A stretch of 32,000 nt of DNA from an uncultured Candidatus Cenarchaeum sp. GTDB lineage: Archaea > Thermoproteota > Nitrososphaeria > Nitrososphaerales > Nitrosopumilaceae. Under the pieces are notes generated by a model that worked only from the letters and a program-made list of their open reading frames with translations, ran no database searches and was not told where the DNA came from. The DNA lies in assembly GCA_958295735.1 (NCBI GenBank), contig OY282369.1, forward strand, positions 2,084,983 to 2,116,982. Direction: 5' to 3'. Positions 22,198-30,688 of the stretch are shown here, one piece after another; position 1 is the first letter of the stretch, and every line of letters begins with the position of its first letter. Both the position numbers and the translations under genes were made by a program.

Positions 22198-22492
22198 TTA
22201 ACGGGCGGCCGGCCCGCCTCGCAGCCGCGCCCGCGGCGGCCGCGGCGGGGCGGTTTTTCGCGCCCAAAATCCCGGTTGCGGGGTGGGCTGCGGGCGGCCG
22301 CGGGGAGCCGCCCCCGCCCGCTGCCGCGCGACGCGCCTCCGACGCGGGGCGGGCCCCCCGCCCCTGCCGGGATCCGCGCCCCGCGCCGCGCGGGGCCGCG
22401 CGCCCGCCGGCCGCGGGCGCGAAAACGCTTCTGCTGATCCAGGTTCGCGACTGCGGGGCGCGGGTTGCCGGCCCCGCGCCCCGCGCCGCACG

Positions 22493-22505
22493 CTATTTTT
22501 AAGTA
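22493..22505 (+). promoter_or_regulatory. TATA box for shikimate operon (aroA')
   Basis: ctatttttaagta is centred 28 nt upstream of the ATG at 22527. Confidence 0.6.
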
Positions 22506-22526
22506 GGGCGCGGCGGCACTCGGCGC

Positions 22527-23381
22527 ATGGTCACCGCCGTGCGGATCCGGCTGGGGCGCGTGATGCGCAGGGGGATGATGCTCTGCATACCGATGGATCA
22601 CGGCGTGTCCGACGGCCCCGTGAAGGGGCTGGAGGATCCGCGCTCGGTGATAGACTCCTGCGACGGCCAGGGGCTGACCTGCGTGGTGGTGAACAAGGGC
22701 GTGCTCAAGAGCCTGCGCCGCCCGCCCCGCGCCGGCGTGTTCGTGCACTTTTCGTCCAGCACCTCGCTGTCCTCCTCGCCCAACCGCAAGATGCTCACCG
22801 GGACCGTCGAGGAGGCGGTGCGGCTCGGGGCCGACGGCGTCTCGCTGCACGTCAACGTGGGGGGCAGGGAGGAGCCCGAGATGCTGGAGCAGCTCGGGGA
22901 GGTGGCCGGCGAGTGCCACGCCTGGGGCATGCCGCTGCTCGCCATGATGTACCCGCGCGGCGAGAACGTAAAGGACGCGCACGATCCGGACACGGTGGCC
23001 CACGCGGCCAGGATCGGCGCCGAGTGCGGCGCGGACATAGTAAAGACCGTGTACACCGGCGACGCCGGCTCTTTTTCCAGGGTCGTGCGATGCACTCCCG
23101 TGCCCGTGGTGGTGGCGGGGGGCCCCAGGGCGGGGACGGATGCCGCCCTGCTCGGGATGACCGAGGACGCCGTGGGGGCCGGGGCGGCCGGGGTCACGTA
23201 CGGCCGCAACGTGTTCGCGCACGAGAGCCCGAGGGAGATGGTGCGGGCCCTGGCCTCGGTCGTGTTCCGGAAAAAGACCGCGGCCGAGGCGGCCGCCGAC
23301 CTGGAGCGCTCGCTGGGCGCGGCGCAGGGCGGGGGCGCGGCGCAGGGCGCGGCACGAGACGGGGGCGCGGCCCTGCAGTGA
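22527..23381 (+). CDS. aroA': 2-amino-3,7-dideoxy-D-threo-hept-6-ulosonate (ADH) synthase, archaeal AroA' (DhnA-type aldolase)
   Basis: IPMDHGVSDGPVKGL, GADGVSLHVNVG, MPLLAMMYPRG, GADIVKTVYTGD, PVVVAGGP and AGAAGVTYGRNVF track MJ0400 as I recall it. Confidence 0.9.
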   Translation: MVTAVRIRLGRVMRRGMMLCIPMDHGVSDGPVKGLEDPRSVIDSCDGQGLTCVVVNKGVLKSLRRPPRAGVFVHFSSSTSLSSSPNRKMLTGTVEEAVRLGADGVSLHVNVGGREEPEMLEQLGEVAGECHAWGMPLLAMMYPRGENVKDAHDPDTVAHAARIGAECGADIVKTVYTGDAGSFSRVVRCTPVPVVVAGGPRAGTDAALLGMTEDAVGAGAAGVTYGRNVFAHESPREMVRALASVVFRKKTAAEAAADLERSLGAAQGGGAAQGAARDGGAALQ

Positions 23382-24457
23382 GGGGAAAAAAGGAGATCAT
23401 AGTCTTGCCGAAGGTGGCCGGCCCGAAGCTGCCCGCGTTCCTGGCCCAGCTCAAGGCGGAGGGGGTGGAGACGGTGCACGCGGATCCGGCGCGCCTGAAG
23501 GGGACGGGCCTGCTGTCCATGCACGGGTCCCCGCTGGCCGACAGCGTCATCCTGGACGGGCCGCGGGCGGAGGCCCCGGCGGGAAGGGGGCGCCGCGCGA
23601 AGGGGGGCCGCCGCGTGGGGGGCCGCTTCGTGGTGCTCTCCAACGCCGACATCGACTCCATGCTGGAGCGGGCCCGCGGGGGGCTGGACTTCGTCGTGGT
23701 GGAGGTGAAGGACTGGAAGATCATCCCGCTGGAGAACACCGTGTCGAGGCTGCACGACACGGGAACGCTGCTGTTCGCCTGGGCGCGGAGCCCCGCGGAG
23801 GTGAGGAAGATGTTCTCGGTGCTCGACGTGGGGGTGGACGGGGTGATCCTGGAGGCCTCCTCGGTGGGCCAGGTCAGGGAGTCCATGGCGCTTATGGGAT
23901 CGGCGAGCTACCCCCTGGAGCCGGCCACGGTGACCGAGGTGAGGGAGGTCGGCGCCGGCGAGAGGGTCTGCGTGGACACCGCATCGATGCTGGGGCCGGG
24001 CGAGGGGATGCTGGTGGGCAGCCGGTCCAACTTCATGTTCCTGGTGCACAACGAGTCGATCGGCTCGCAGTTCCTGCTGCCGCGCCCGTTCCGCGTCAAC
24101 GCCGGCGCCGTGCACAGCTACACGCTGGGCCCCGACGGCGACACGAGGTACCTCTCGGAGGTGGAGGCCGGCTCGGAGATACTGGTAGTGGACCCCAAGG
24201 GCAGGGCGCGGCGGGCCACCGTGGGACGCTCCAAGATAGAGAGCAGGCCCATGGTGATGATAAAGGCGGCGGCCGGCGGGGAGGTCGGCGGGATAATAGC
24301 GCAGGATGCCGAGACGATACGGCTCGTCAGGCCGGGCGGGGATCCCGTCTCGGTGACCCGCCTGAAAAAGGGCGACAAGGTCGTGGCCTACTCCAGGCCG
24401 GCCGTCGGCAGGCACTCCGGGACGGCGGTCCCCGACGAGTACATACTGGAAAAGTAG
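23378..24457 (+). CDS. aroB': 3-dehydroquinate synthase II, archaeal AroB'
   Basis: DWKIIPLEN, RVCVDTASMLGPGEGMLVGS, RPFRVNAGAVHSY, ETIRLV and the C-terminal EYILEK track MJ1249. The GTG at 23378 overlaps the upstream TGA (GTGA). The exact start is uncertain. Confidence 0.88.
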   Translation: MRGKKEIIVLPKVAGPKLPAFLAQLKAEGVETVHADPARLKGTGLLSMHGSPLADSVILDGPRAEAPAGRGRRAKGGRRVGGRFVVLSNADIDSMLERARGGLDFVVVEVKDWKIIPLENTVSRLHDTGTLLFAWARSPAEVRKMFSVLDVGVDGVILEASSVGQVRESMALMGSASYPLEPATVTEVREVGAGERVCVDTASMLGPGEGMLVGSRSNFMFLVHNESIGSQFLLPRPFRVNAGAVHSYTLGPDGDTRYLSEVEAGSEILVVDPKGRARRATVGRSKIESRPMVMIKAAAGGEVGGIIAQDAETIRLVRPGGDPVSVTRLKKGDKVVAYSRPAVGRHSGTAVPDEYILEK

Positions 24458-24461
24458 GCCG

Positions 24462-25244
24462 ATGGCGGGAGCACGGGCGGCCGCGCCGCCGCGCGGGGGG
24501 GCCGGGCCGGCAGCGGCCGGCCGGTTCCGCACGTGCGCCACCGTCACCGCCGGGACGCCGCGTGGCATGGCGAGGGCGGCCAGGGCCGCCCTGTCGGTCT
24601 CCGACCTGGTGGAGCTGCGGCTGGACTTCCTCCGGCCCGGCGAGGCGCACGGCGCGCTGGCGGCGCTGCGCCCCGCCGAGCTGTCGCGGGCCGTCTGCAC
24701 CGTGCGCCCCGCGGCAGAGGGCGGCGCGTTCGAGGGCCGGGAAGGGGACAGGGCATCCCTGCTGGCGATGGCCGCGGGGTTCGGCCCGCGCCTGGTCGAC
24801 GTGGAGTATTCCGCGCTGCGCCGCAGCGGGAGGCTGGCCTCCCGCGTGCGGGATGCCGGGGCCGGCCTGCTGGTGTCGTGGCACGACTTTGGGGGCACGC
24901 CGGCGCCGGCCGCGCTGCGCCGCCGGCTCGCCGGGATGCGCCGCCGCTCGCCGCTGGCCAAGGTGGTCACCACGGCGGCCGCCCCCGCCGACGCGGCCAG
25001 GGTCCTCTCCCTGTACGGGGGGGAGCGGCGGCCGGGCGAGCTGGTCGCGTTCGCGATGGGCGAGATGGGGCGGGCGTCCCGCGTGCTGTGCCTGCACCTG
25101 GGCAGCCCGTTCACGTACGTCTCGGCATCGCGGCGGCCCGCGGCCCCGGGGCAGTTCGGGGCGCGGGAGATGGCCGGGATAATACGCTCGCTGGGGCGCG
25201 GCGGCCGCGCGGGCGCCCCGCCGCCGCCGCCGCCGGCCGGCTAG
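24462..25244 (+). CDS. aroD: 3-dehydroquinate dehydratase, type I
   Basis: It sits between aroB' and aroE. DLVELRLDFL, VDVEY, LLVSWHDF and the KVV Lys context are AroD-like. The N- and C-terminal extensions are low complexity. Confidence 0.75.
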   Translation: MAGARAAAPPRGGAGPAAAGRFRTCATVTAGTPRGMARAARAALSVSDLVELRLDFLRPGEAHGALAALRPAELSRAVCTVRPAAEGGAFEGREGDRASLLAMAAGFGPRLVDVEYSALRRSGRLASRVRDAGAGLLVSWHDFGGTPAPAALRRRLAGMRRRSPLAKVVTTAAAPADAARVLSLYGGERRPGELVAFAMGEMGRASRVLCLHLGSPFTYVSASRRPAAPGQFGAREMAGIIRSLGRGGRAGAPPPPPPAG

Positions 25245-25293
25245 CGCGGCGGCCGCGGCGGACCCGGGCCGCCCGCGCGCCCCCGGATCCCTT

Positions 25294-25304
25294 CGTTTAA
25301 ATGA
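25294..25304 (+). promoter_or_regulatory. Possible internal TATA box upstream of aroE
   Basis: cgtttaaatga is centred ~32 nt upstream of the ATG at 25331. Confidence 0.4.
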
Positions 25305-25330
25305 TCGCGGGAGGGGGAGGGAGGCAGGCG

Positions 25331-26197
25331 ATGTCATTCACGTACGCGCTGGTGGGCGACCCCGTGGACAGCTCGCTCTCTCCCAGCATGCACAACGCGG
25401 CGCTCAGGGAGCTCGGGATGGACGACTACTCGTACATTGTGTACCGCGTGCGGAAGGGAGAGCTCGGCGCGGGGATCGAGTCGCTGATGGCGACGGTCGG
25501 CCTGGCGGGGCTCAACGTGACCATACCCCACAAGGTGGACGTGCTGGAATACCTGGACGAGGAGGACGAGTCCTGCCGCCTGGTGGGCGCGGCCAACACG
25601 GTCTCCGTCACGGACGCCGGCAAGCTGAGGGGGCACAACACGGACAGGGACGGGTTCATGAGCCCCATATGGCGCAGGAACCTCACCGCGGCCGGATCGC
25701 GAGTGCTGCTGATCGGCGCGGGCGGCGCCGCGCGGGCCATAGTCTCGGCGTTCGCGACGGAGGCCGCGGTCGAGGTGGTCATCGCCAACAGGTCGCGCGG
25801 GCGCGCCGAGGAGCTGGCCGCGTTCGCGGACAAGGCGGGGATCGGCGCCACGGTGGTGGGGCTGGACGAGGCGGGCAGGGAGGCGCCCGCGTGCAAGTTC
25901 ATAGTGAACGCGAGCCCCATCGGGACGGCCGGCGAGGAGAGCCCGGTGCCCGCCGAGGCCATCCCGTCCGACTCCGTCGTGTACGACGTGGTGTACCGGC
26001 CCATGGCCACCGACCTGGCGGCCAAGGCCAAGCGGAGGGGGGCCACCGTCATATACGGGTACGAGATGCTCCTCTGGCAGGCCTGCCTGTCCTTCGAGAT
26101 ATGGCACGGCATGAAGGCGCCGTACGAGGCCATGAGGCGCGCCATACTCGGCCCCGGCGCCCCCGAGCCCGGGCAGCCGGGGGCGGGGGGGCGGTGA
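25331..26197 (+). CDS. aroE: Shikimate 5-dehydrogenase
   Basis: The start MSFTYALVGDPVDSSLSPSMHNAA is the canonical AroE N-terminus. Also present are NVTIPHK, GAANTV, GHNTD and LLIGAGGAARA. The track start 25301 lies inside the TATA box and is rejected. Confidence 0.9.
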   Translation: MSFTYALVGDPVDSSLSPSMHNAALRELGMDDYSYIVYRVRKGELGAGIESLMATVGLAGLNVTIPHKVDVLEYLDEEDESCRLVGAANTVSVTDAGKLRGHNTDRDGFMSPIWRRNLTAAGSRVLLIGAGGAARAIVSAFATEAAVEVVIANRSRGRAEELAAFADKAGIGATVVGLDEAGREAPACKFIVNASPIGTAGEESPVPAEAIPSDSVVYDVVYRPMATDLAAKAKRRGATVIYGYEMLLWQACLSFEIWHGMKAPYEAMRRAILGPGAPEPGQPGAGGR

Positions 26198-26247
26198 CGG
26201 CCGCGCCGCGCGCGGCCCGCGGCGCGCCGCGGCGGTGACGGCCGCGC

Positions 26248-27129
26248 ATGGAAGGGGCGGCCACCGCCCGCGTGCACGGGGCCGTGTCGCTGGTCAACGC
26301 GCTGGCCGCGGGCCGCGGGGCCACCGTCGGGGTAGCCTCGACGGTGGAGGCCGACGTGCGCGCCTCGCCGGGGAGCGGCATCACCGTGCGCTCGGAGAAC
26401 CGCAGCCTGAGCTCGCGCCTCGTGGCGCTGACCGTCCAGAAGATGGCGCCGGCGCGCGCGCTGGCCCGCACCGCGGTGCGGGTGGAACTGCGGTCGGAGA
26501 TCCCGACCGGCTTCGGCCTGAAAAGCTCCAGCGCCATATCGTCGGTGGTGGCGCTGGCCTGCGCGCGCGCGTTCGGCGATGCGGGGGGCGGGAAGGAAAA
26601 GGGGGCGGCGGCCGACTCGAGGGTGCTCGCGGCCGGGGTGGATGCCTCCATCGAGACGGGAGTCAGCGTGACCGGCGCGTACGACGACGCCTGCGCCTGC
26701 TACTACGGGGGGATCGCCGTCACCGACAACGGCAGGAGGCGGCTGGTCGCCTCGGCCAGGGCCCCCCGCAACCTGGCGGCGGCCATATTCGTGCCGCGGT
26801 CGAGGCGGCGCGGCCGCGCCGCCGATCTGCGCCTGCTGCGCCCCGTGTTCGAGAGGGCCTGGGCCCTGGCCAGAGAGGGCCACTACTGGGACGCGATGAC
26901 CGTGAACGGCCTGGCCGCCGCGCCCATGCTGGGCCCCGACCCCCGCGTGCTGGCCGACCTCGTGGGGGCGGGGGCGCTGGGCGCCTCGGTGTCCGGGAAC
27001 GGGCCGGCCGTGGCAGCGGTGGCCAGGCGCGGCGACATGCCGGAAGTGGAGAAAGTGCTCTCGCGGCTGGACGGGCGCACCGTCGTCGCCGCCCTCAACA
27101 ACGAGAGGGCGCGGGTAGCGGACATGTGA
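26248..27129 (+). CDS. aroK: Archaeal shikimate kinase (GHMP-kinase family)
   Basis: GHMP motif EIPTGFGLKSSSA; position directly after aroE; 293 aa, as for MJ1440-type kinases. Confidence 0.8.
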   Translation: MEGAATARVHGAVSLVNALAAGRGATVGVASTVEADVRASPGSGITVRSENRSLSSRLVALTVQKMAPARALARTAVRVELRSEIPTGFGLKSSSAISSVVALACARAFGDAGGGKEKGAAADSRVLAAGVDASIETGVSVTGAYDDACACYYGGIAVTDNGRRRLVASARAPRNLAAAIFVPRSRRRGRAADLRLLRPVFERAWALAREGHYWDAMTVNGLAAAPMLGPDPRVLADLVGAGALGASVSGNGPAVAAVARRGDMPEVEKVLSRLDGRTVVAALNNERARVADM

Positions 27130-27639
27130 CCCGGCGCCCCCCCGGGGCGCGGGCGGGGATATCGCGCGGGCGCGGGGCGGGCCGGGGGCGCGGCCGGTCC
27201 CGCGAGCGCGGGAACCCGCGGCGGGGAGCGCCCGCAGCGCGCCCGGGGGATCCCGCGAGGGCCGCCCGCGGTTCGGCGCGCGCGCCCCGATCCTCCGGCC
27301 GGATGCGCGGCTTGGCGCCGGCCGGGGCCGCCGGCGCCGCGCCCCCGCGGGCACCTGACCGGCCCGCTCCCGCATTCGGAGGCACGCCGCGCGGCGCCGG
27401 ACTGGCACCGGGCGGGGGGGCCCCGGGGCCGGGACTAAGATGCGGGGCAAGCCGCTTCGAAAGCGCGGTAACTCGCGCGGCCCTGTATTTTGCGGGGCCG
27501 CCGCGGGATGCGCGGCGGATCCTCCCAAGCGCGGGCTCCGCTGGTTGGCGGCGGGCCGAGCCGAAACGAACCGCCCGCGCCCGTCGCGATTTCGGCCGCC
27601 GGCGGTCGGCTCGCCGCCACCTGGCCCGTTCTCTGCAGC

Positions 27640-28237
27640 CTAGTCCCGCTTGACCTTCATGATCGGGTTTGCGTCGACGGCGTACGCCGGTTCGCCGTCC
27701 GGCGTGAAGAACTCCGTCTTGTTGATCTGGCCCGCCACGGCCTTTATGCTCACCACCATGCCGTTGCTACTATCATAGACGCTGAAATCCTCGCTGAGCG
27801 GTTCGCAATCCACGTCAAAGTCCGTTGTTCCGGATGCCACGTTGTCCTGCCGGCCCACTTTGAAATCCTGCGGCCGGCGGTTCTCCTTCGGCACGTACGC
27901 GCTGATATGGACCGAGTAGCTGATCGTAAAGCCGTCGGGCGAATCCGGAGCCGGAACCACGTGGTTTGCCACGAACAAAACGCGGATTGTGGTTCCGGCG
28001 CCGTCGTTTACCCTGTAGTAGCTCGGGCGTATCAGTCTCGGCGTGCACGTTGCGTAACCCATGCCCTCGATGCCTTTGGCGATCTCCGCCTCGGGAGTCA
28101 TTCTTCCGCCCCACAGCATGTTCCGTAATCTTGCTCGTGCCGTCTCTCTTCCCGTGCAAAACGACCACCGTGGGGTTCCTAAACATCCCGTCGACGCGGA
28201 TCACGAGCTGCTTGCACGGCTTGAGGATGATCGGCAT
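27640..28237 (-). pseudogene. Hypothetical protein split by a 1-nt frameshift at a C4/G4 run (28109-28112)
   Basis: The frame from ATG 28237 reads MPIILKPCKQLVIRVDGMFRNPTVVVLHGKRDGTSKITEHAVG and then turns into Arg/Gly junk. The neighbouring frame becomes protein-like at ...GGRMTPEAEIAKGIEGMGYATC... and runs to 27640. Deleting one G joins them into about 198 aa. Confidence 0.5.
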
Positions 28238-28291
28238 CTGGTCCTTGGTTTTGCACGCGGCTTTTATGGGGCCTACCCCCCGCTGATCTCT

Positions 28292-28672
28292 CTAGCCATC
28301 GTCCGCGGGATCGAGCTCAAGCAGCTCCACCTTGTCGCCGCTCTTTCGCAAAGCGTACTTTCTGCCATTCCATTCTACAGGGTAAATCTTGTTTTCGACC
28401 ATTTTTGCCGAATAGTAGGATATCTGCTCTACTCCGTCGACGTTAGTCACGCTGACGGGCGCGGGGACGTTTACGGCAGACGTGCTGGCTGGCGTGTGGG
28501 TCGGCGCGCTGACTGGCCGCGGATCGCAGATTCCATCCTCTCCGTCAATCCGCACCCTGCAAACCGGGTTCTGCGTGGACTGCCCCGTGGCCGCCCGGAA
28601 CCTTTTCCGGTCCTGCTCCTCCCACGTCGGCTTGGCCAAGGACATGCAGGACCCCGCATTCTTCCCTACCAT
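28292..28672 (-). CDS. Hypothetical protein (126 aa; alternative start at M10)
   Basis: The C-terminal half is protein-like (VDGVEQISYYSAKMVENKIYPVEWNGRKYALRKSGDKVELLELD). Composition is AT-shifted like the downstream gene. No family recognised. Confidence 0.5.
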   Translation of the reverse strand: MVGKNAGSCMSLAKPTWEEQDRKRFRAATGQSTQNPVCRVRIDGEDGICDPRPVSAPTHTPASTSAVNVPAPVSVTNVDGVEQISYYSAKMVENKIYPVEWNGRKYALRKSGDKVELLELDPADDG

Positions 28673-28729
28673 AAAGGCACGAAGTCACCACTATTTCACC
28701 CGCGTGTCAACAAAACCTGATCGCGCGGT

Positions 28730-28807
28730 TGCCGCGCGTCCGGGGATGCCGCGCGTCCGGGGTTGCCGCGCGTCCGGGGATGCCGCGCGTCCGGGGTTGC
28801 CGCGCGG
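28730..28807. repeat. 17-bp tandem repeat, about 4.6 copies (tgccgcgcgtccgggg[a/t], alternating, i.e. 34 bp x 2.3)
   Basis: Units are 28730-28746, 28747-28763, 28764-28780, 28781-28797 and a partial 28798-28807. The array lies 58-135 nt upstream of the ATG at 28672. Confidence 0.9.
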
Positions 28808-29532
28808 CACGGGCCGGCCCGCGGCAAACCGGAAATCGGGGGAGGCGCCGGATGCGCCTGCCCGCGTCCCCGGGGCACGGGGCGGAGCCTGCCGGCAATC
28901 GCGGGGCGCGCCCCGCGCCGCGCCGCAGCGCCGCGCCGGACGGGCGGACGGACCTGGCGGCCCGGGGCCGCGCGGGATCGCCGCCGGGCCGGCATCCGCC
29001 GCCCTCCGCCGCCCGAGCCGATCCAGCAGCCGGCCCGCCGCGTGCGCGACGGGCAGCCAGAACGCGGCGCTGCGCGCTGCCAGCATGATGTGCGGGACGG
29101 GCCGGGGCGGGCGGAACGCGCCGTTGGGGATCGGCGAGGCCGGGATCACCGGCGCGTTGCTGCGCGCGACCGGCATCGGGCACTGGTTGTGCTGGTTCGG
29201 GGCAGCCTCGGCCCCGACGAGTCCCACGATGCCGCAGATCGGAAGCGGGGCGTACGGCAGGATCCGCGCGCGCTGCATGGCGGGAAGGGGCCGCGGAGCC
29301 CCGGCCTCGGGCGGGAATCCGCCGGCATCCGGCCCCTCCACCGCGCGCTCCGGGGCGCCGCCCGCACGTGTCGCATCGCCGGGAGCCCCCGCGGGCGCCC
29401 GTCCCCGGGCGGGGCCCGATCCCGGCGCCCGCCGATGCCGGCAGCGCCGCCGGCGCGGGGGCGGGGCCGCGCGCGCCAGGAAAGGCCGGCGGGGGCGGGC
29501 GGCCCCGCGGCCGATCCGGGCGCCCCCCCTGT

Positions 29533-29544
29533 AAGGTTATATCC
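29533..29544 (+). promoter_or_regulatory. TATA box for aroC
   Basis: aaggttatatcc is centred ~27 nt upstream of the ATG at 29566. Confidence 0.6.
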
Positions 29545-29565
29545 ACCGCGGCCCCACGCGCGCCG

Positions 29566-30687
29566 ATGTCGGCCGGCTCGCTGGGCAGGAGGCTCGTCCT
29601 CACGAGCTTCGGGGAGAGCCACGGCAAGTGCGTGGGCGCGGTCCTCGCCGGCTGCCCCGCGGGGCTGGCCCTCGGCGAGGGGGACGTGCAGGAGATGCTG
29701 GACCTGAGGCGGCCCGGCCTGTCCGCCGTCTCGACGGCGCGGAAGGAGGGCGACGCGGTGGAGATGCTGTCCGGGGTGTACCGCGGCCGCACCACCGGGG
29801 CGCCCATAGCGATGCTGGTGCGCAACGAGGACCAGAGGCCCGGGGCGTACGGCGAGACGGCCTCCAAGGTGAGGCCGGGCCACTCGGACTACCCGGCCAT
29901 GGTGAGGTACGGCGGCTTCAACGACCACCGCGGCGGCGGCCACTTTTCGGGGAGGCTCACGGCGACCCACGTGATGGGCGGGGCCGTGGCCCGCAAGCTG
30001 CTGCGCGAGGCGCTCGGCGTCGCGACGCGCTCGTACACGGTGCGCATAGGGGACGTGGCCGCGGACGGGCCCGGCGGGAAGGGCGGCCGGCTCTGGACCC
30101 GGCGGCCCCCCCCCGCGTCGGCCGTCTACTCCAACGAGGTGCGGTGCCCGGACGCCGCGGCGGCTGCCCGCATGAGGGAGGCCGTGCTGGCCGCCAAGAA
30201 GGGCGGCGACTCGCTGGGCGGCGTCGTCGAGTCGGTGACCACGGGCCTGCCGGCCGGCGTGGGCGAGCCCATGTTCGGCTCGCTGGAGTCGGACGTCAGC
30301 AGGGCGCTGTACTCCATACCCTCGGTGAAGGGGGTGGAGTTCGGCTCGGGGTTCGCCGGCTCGCTCCGGCGCGGCTCGGAGAACAACGACCCGTACGCGG
30401 TGAGGTCCGGCCGCATAGTCACGGCGACCAACAACGCCGGCGGGATCCTGGGGGGCCTGTCCACGGGGATGCCGCTCGTGCTGCGCGCCGCGTTCAAGCC
30501 TGCCTCGTCCATATCGCTCCCGCAGCGCACCGTGGACGCCCGCGCCAGGAGGCCGGCCGTGCTGCGCGTGGGCGGCAGGCACGATCCCTGCGTGGTGCCG
30601 AGGGCGCCGCCCGTCGTGGACTGCATGGTCTCGCTGGTGCTGGCCGACCACGCCCTGACCGGCGGGTTCATCGGGGCGGTGCTGTAG
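29566..30687 (+). CDS. aroC: Chorismate synthase
   Basis: LTSFGESHGKCVGAVLAGCPAGL, RRPG, RPGHSDY, GGGHFSGR, GDSLGGVVE and GGILGG are AroC signatures. The start ATG 29566 is chosen by TATA spacing. Confidence 0.92.
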   Translation: MSAGSLGRRLVLTSFGESHGKCVGAVLAGCPAGLALGEGDVQEMLDLRRPGLSAVSTARKEGDAVEMLSGVYRGRTTGAPIAMLVRNEDQRPGAYGETASKVRPGHSDYPAMVRYGGFNDHRGGGHFSGRLTATHVMGGAVARKLLREALGVATRSYTVRIGDVAADGPGGKGGRLWTRRPPPASAVYSNEVRCPDAAAAARMREAVLAAKKGGDSLGGVVESVTTGLPAGVGEPMFGSLESDVSRALYSIPSVKGVEFGSGFAGSLRRGSENNDPYAVRSGRIVTATNNAGGILGGLSTGMPLVLRAAFKPASSISLPQRTVDARARRPAVLRVGGRHDPCVVPRAPPVVDCMVSLVLADHALTGGFIGAVL

Positions 30688-30688
30688 G

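Noticed and set aside
28061-28720. ORF 28061-28720(+), 219 aa, antisense to the cassette genes
   Set aside because: Its composition is less protein-like than the minus-strand frames, no TATA box lies upstream, and it spans the gap between two minus-strand genes.
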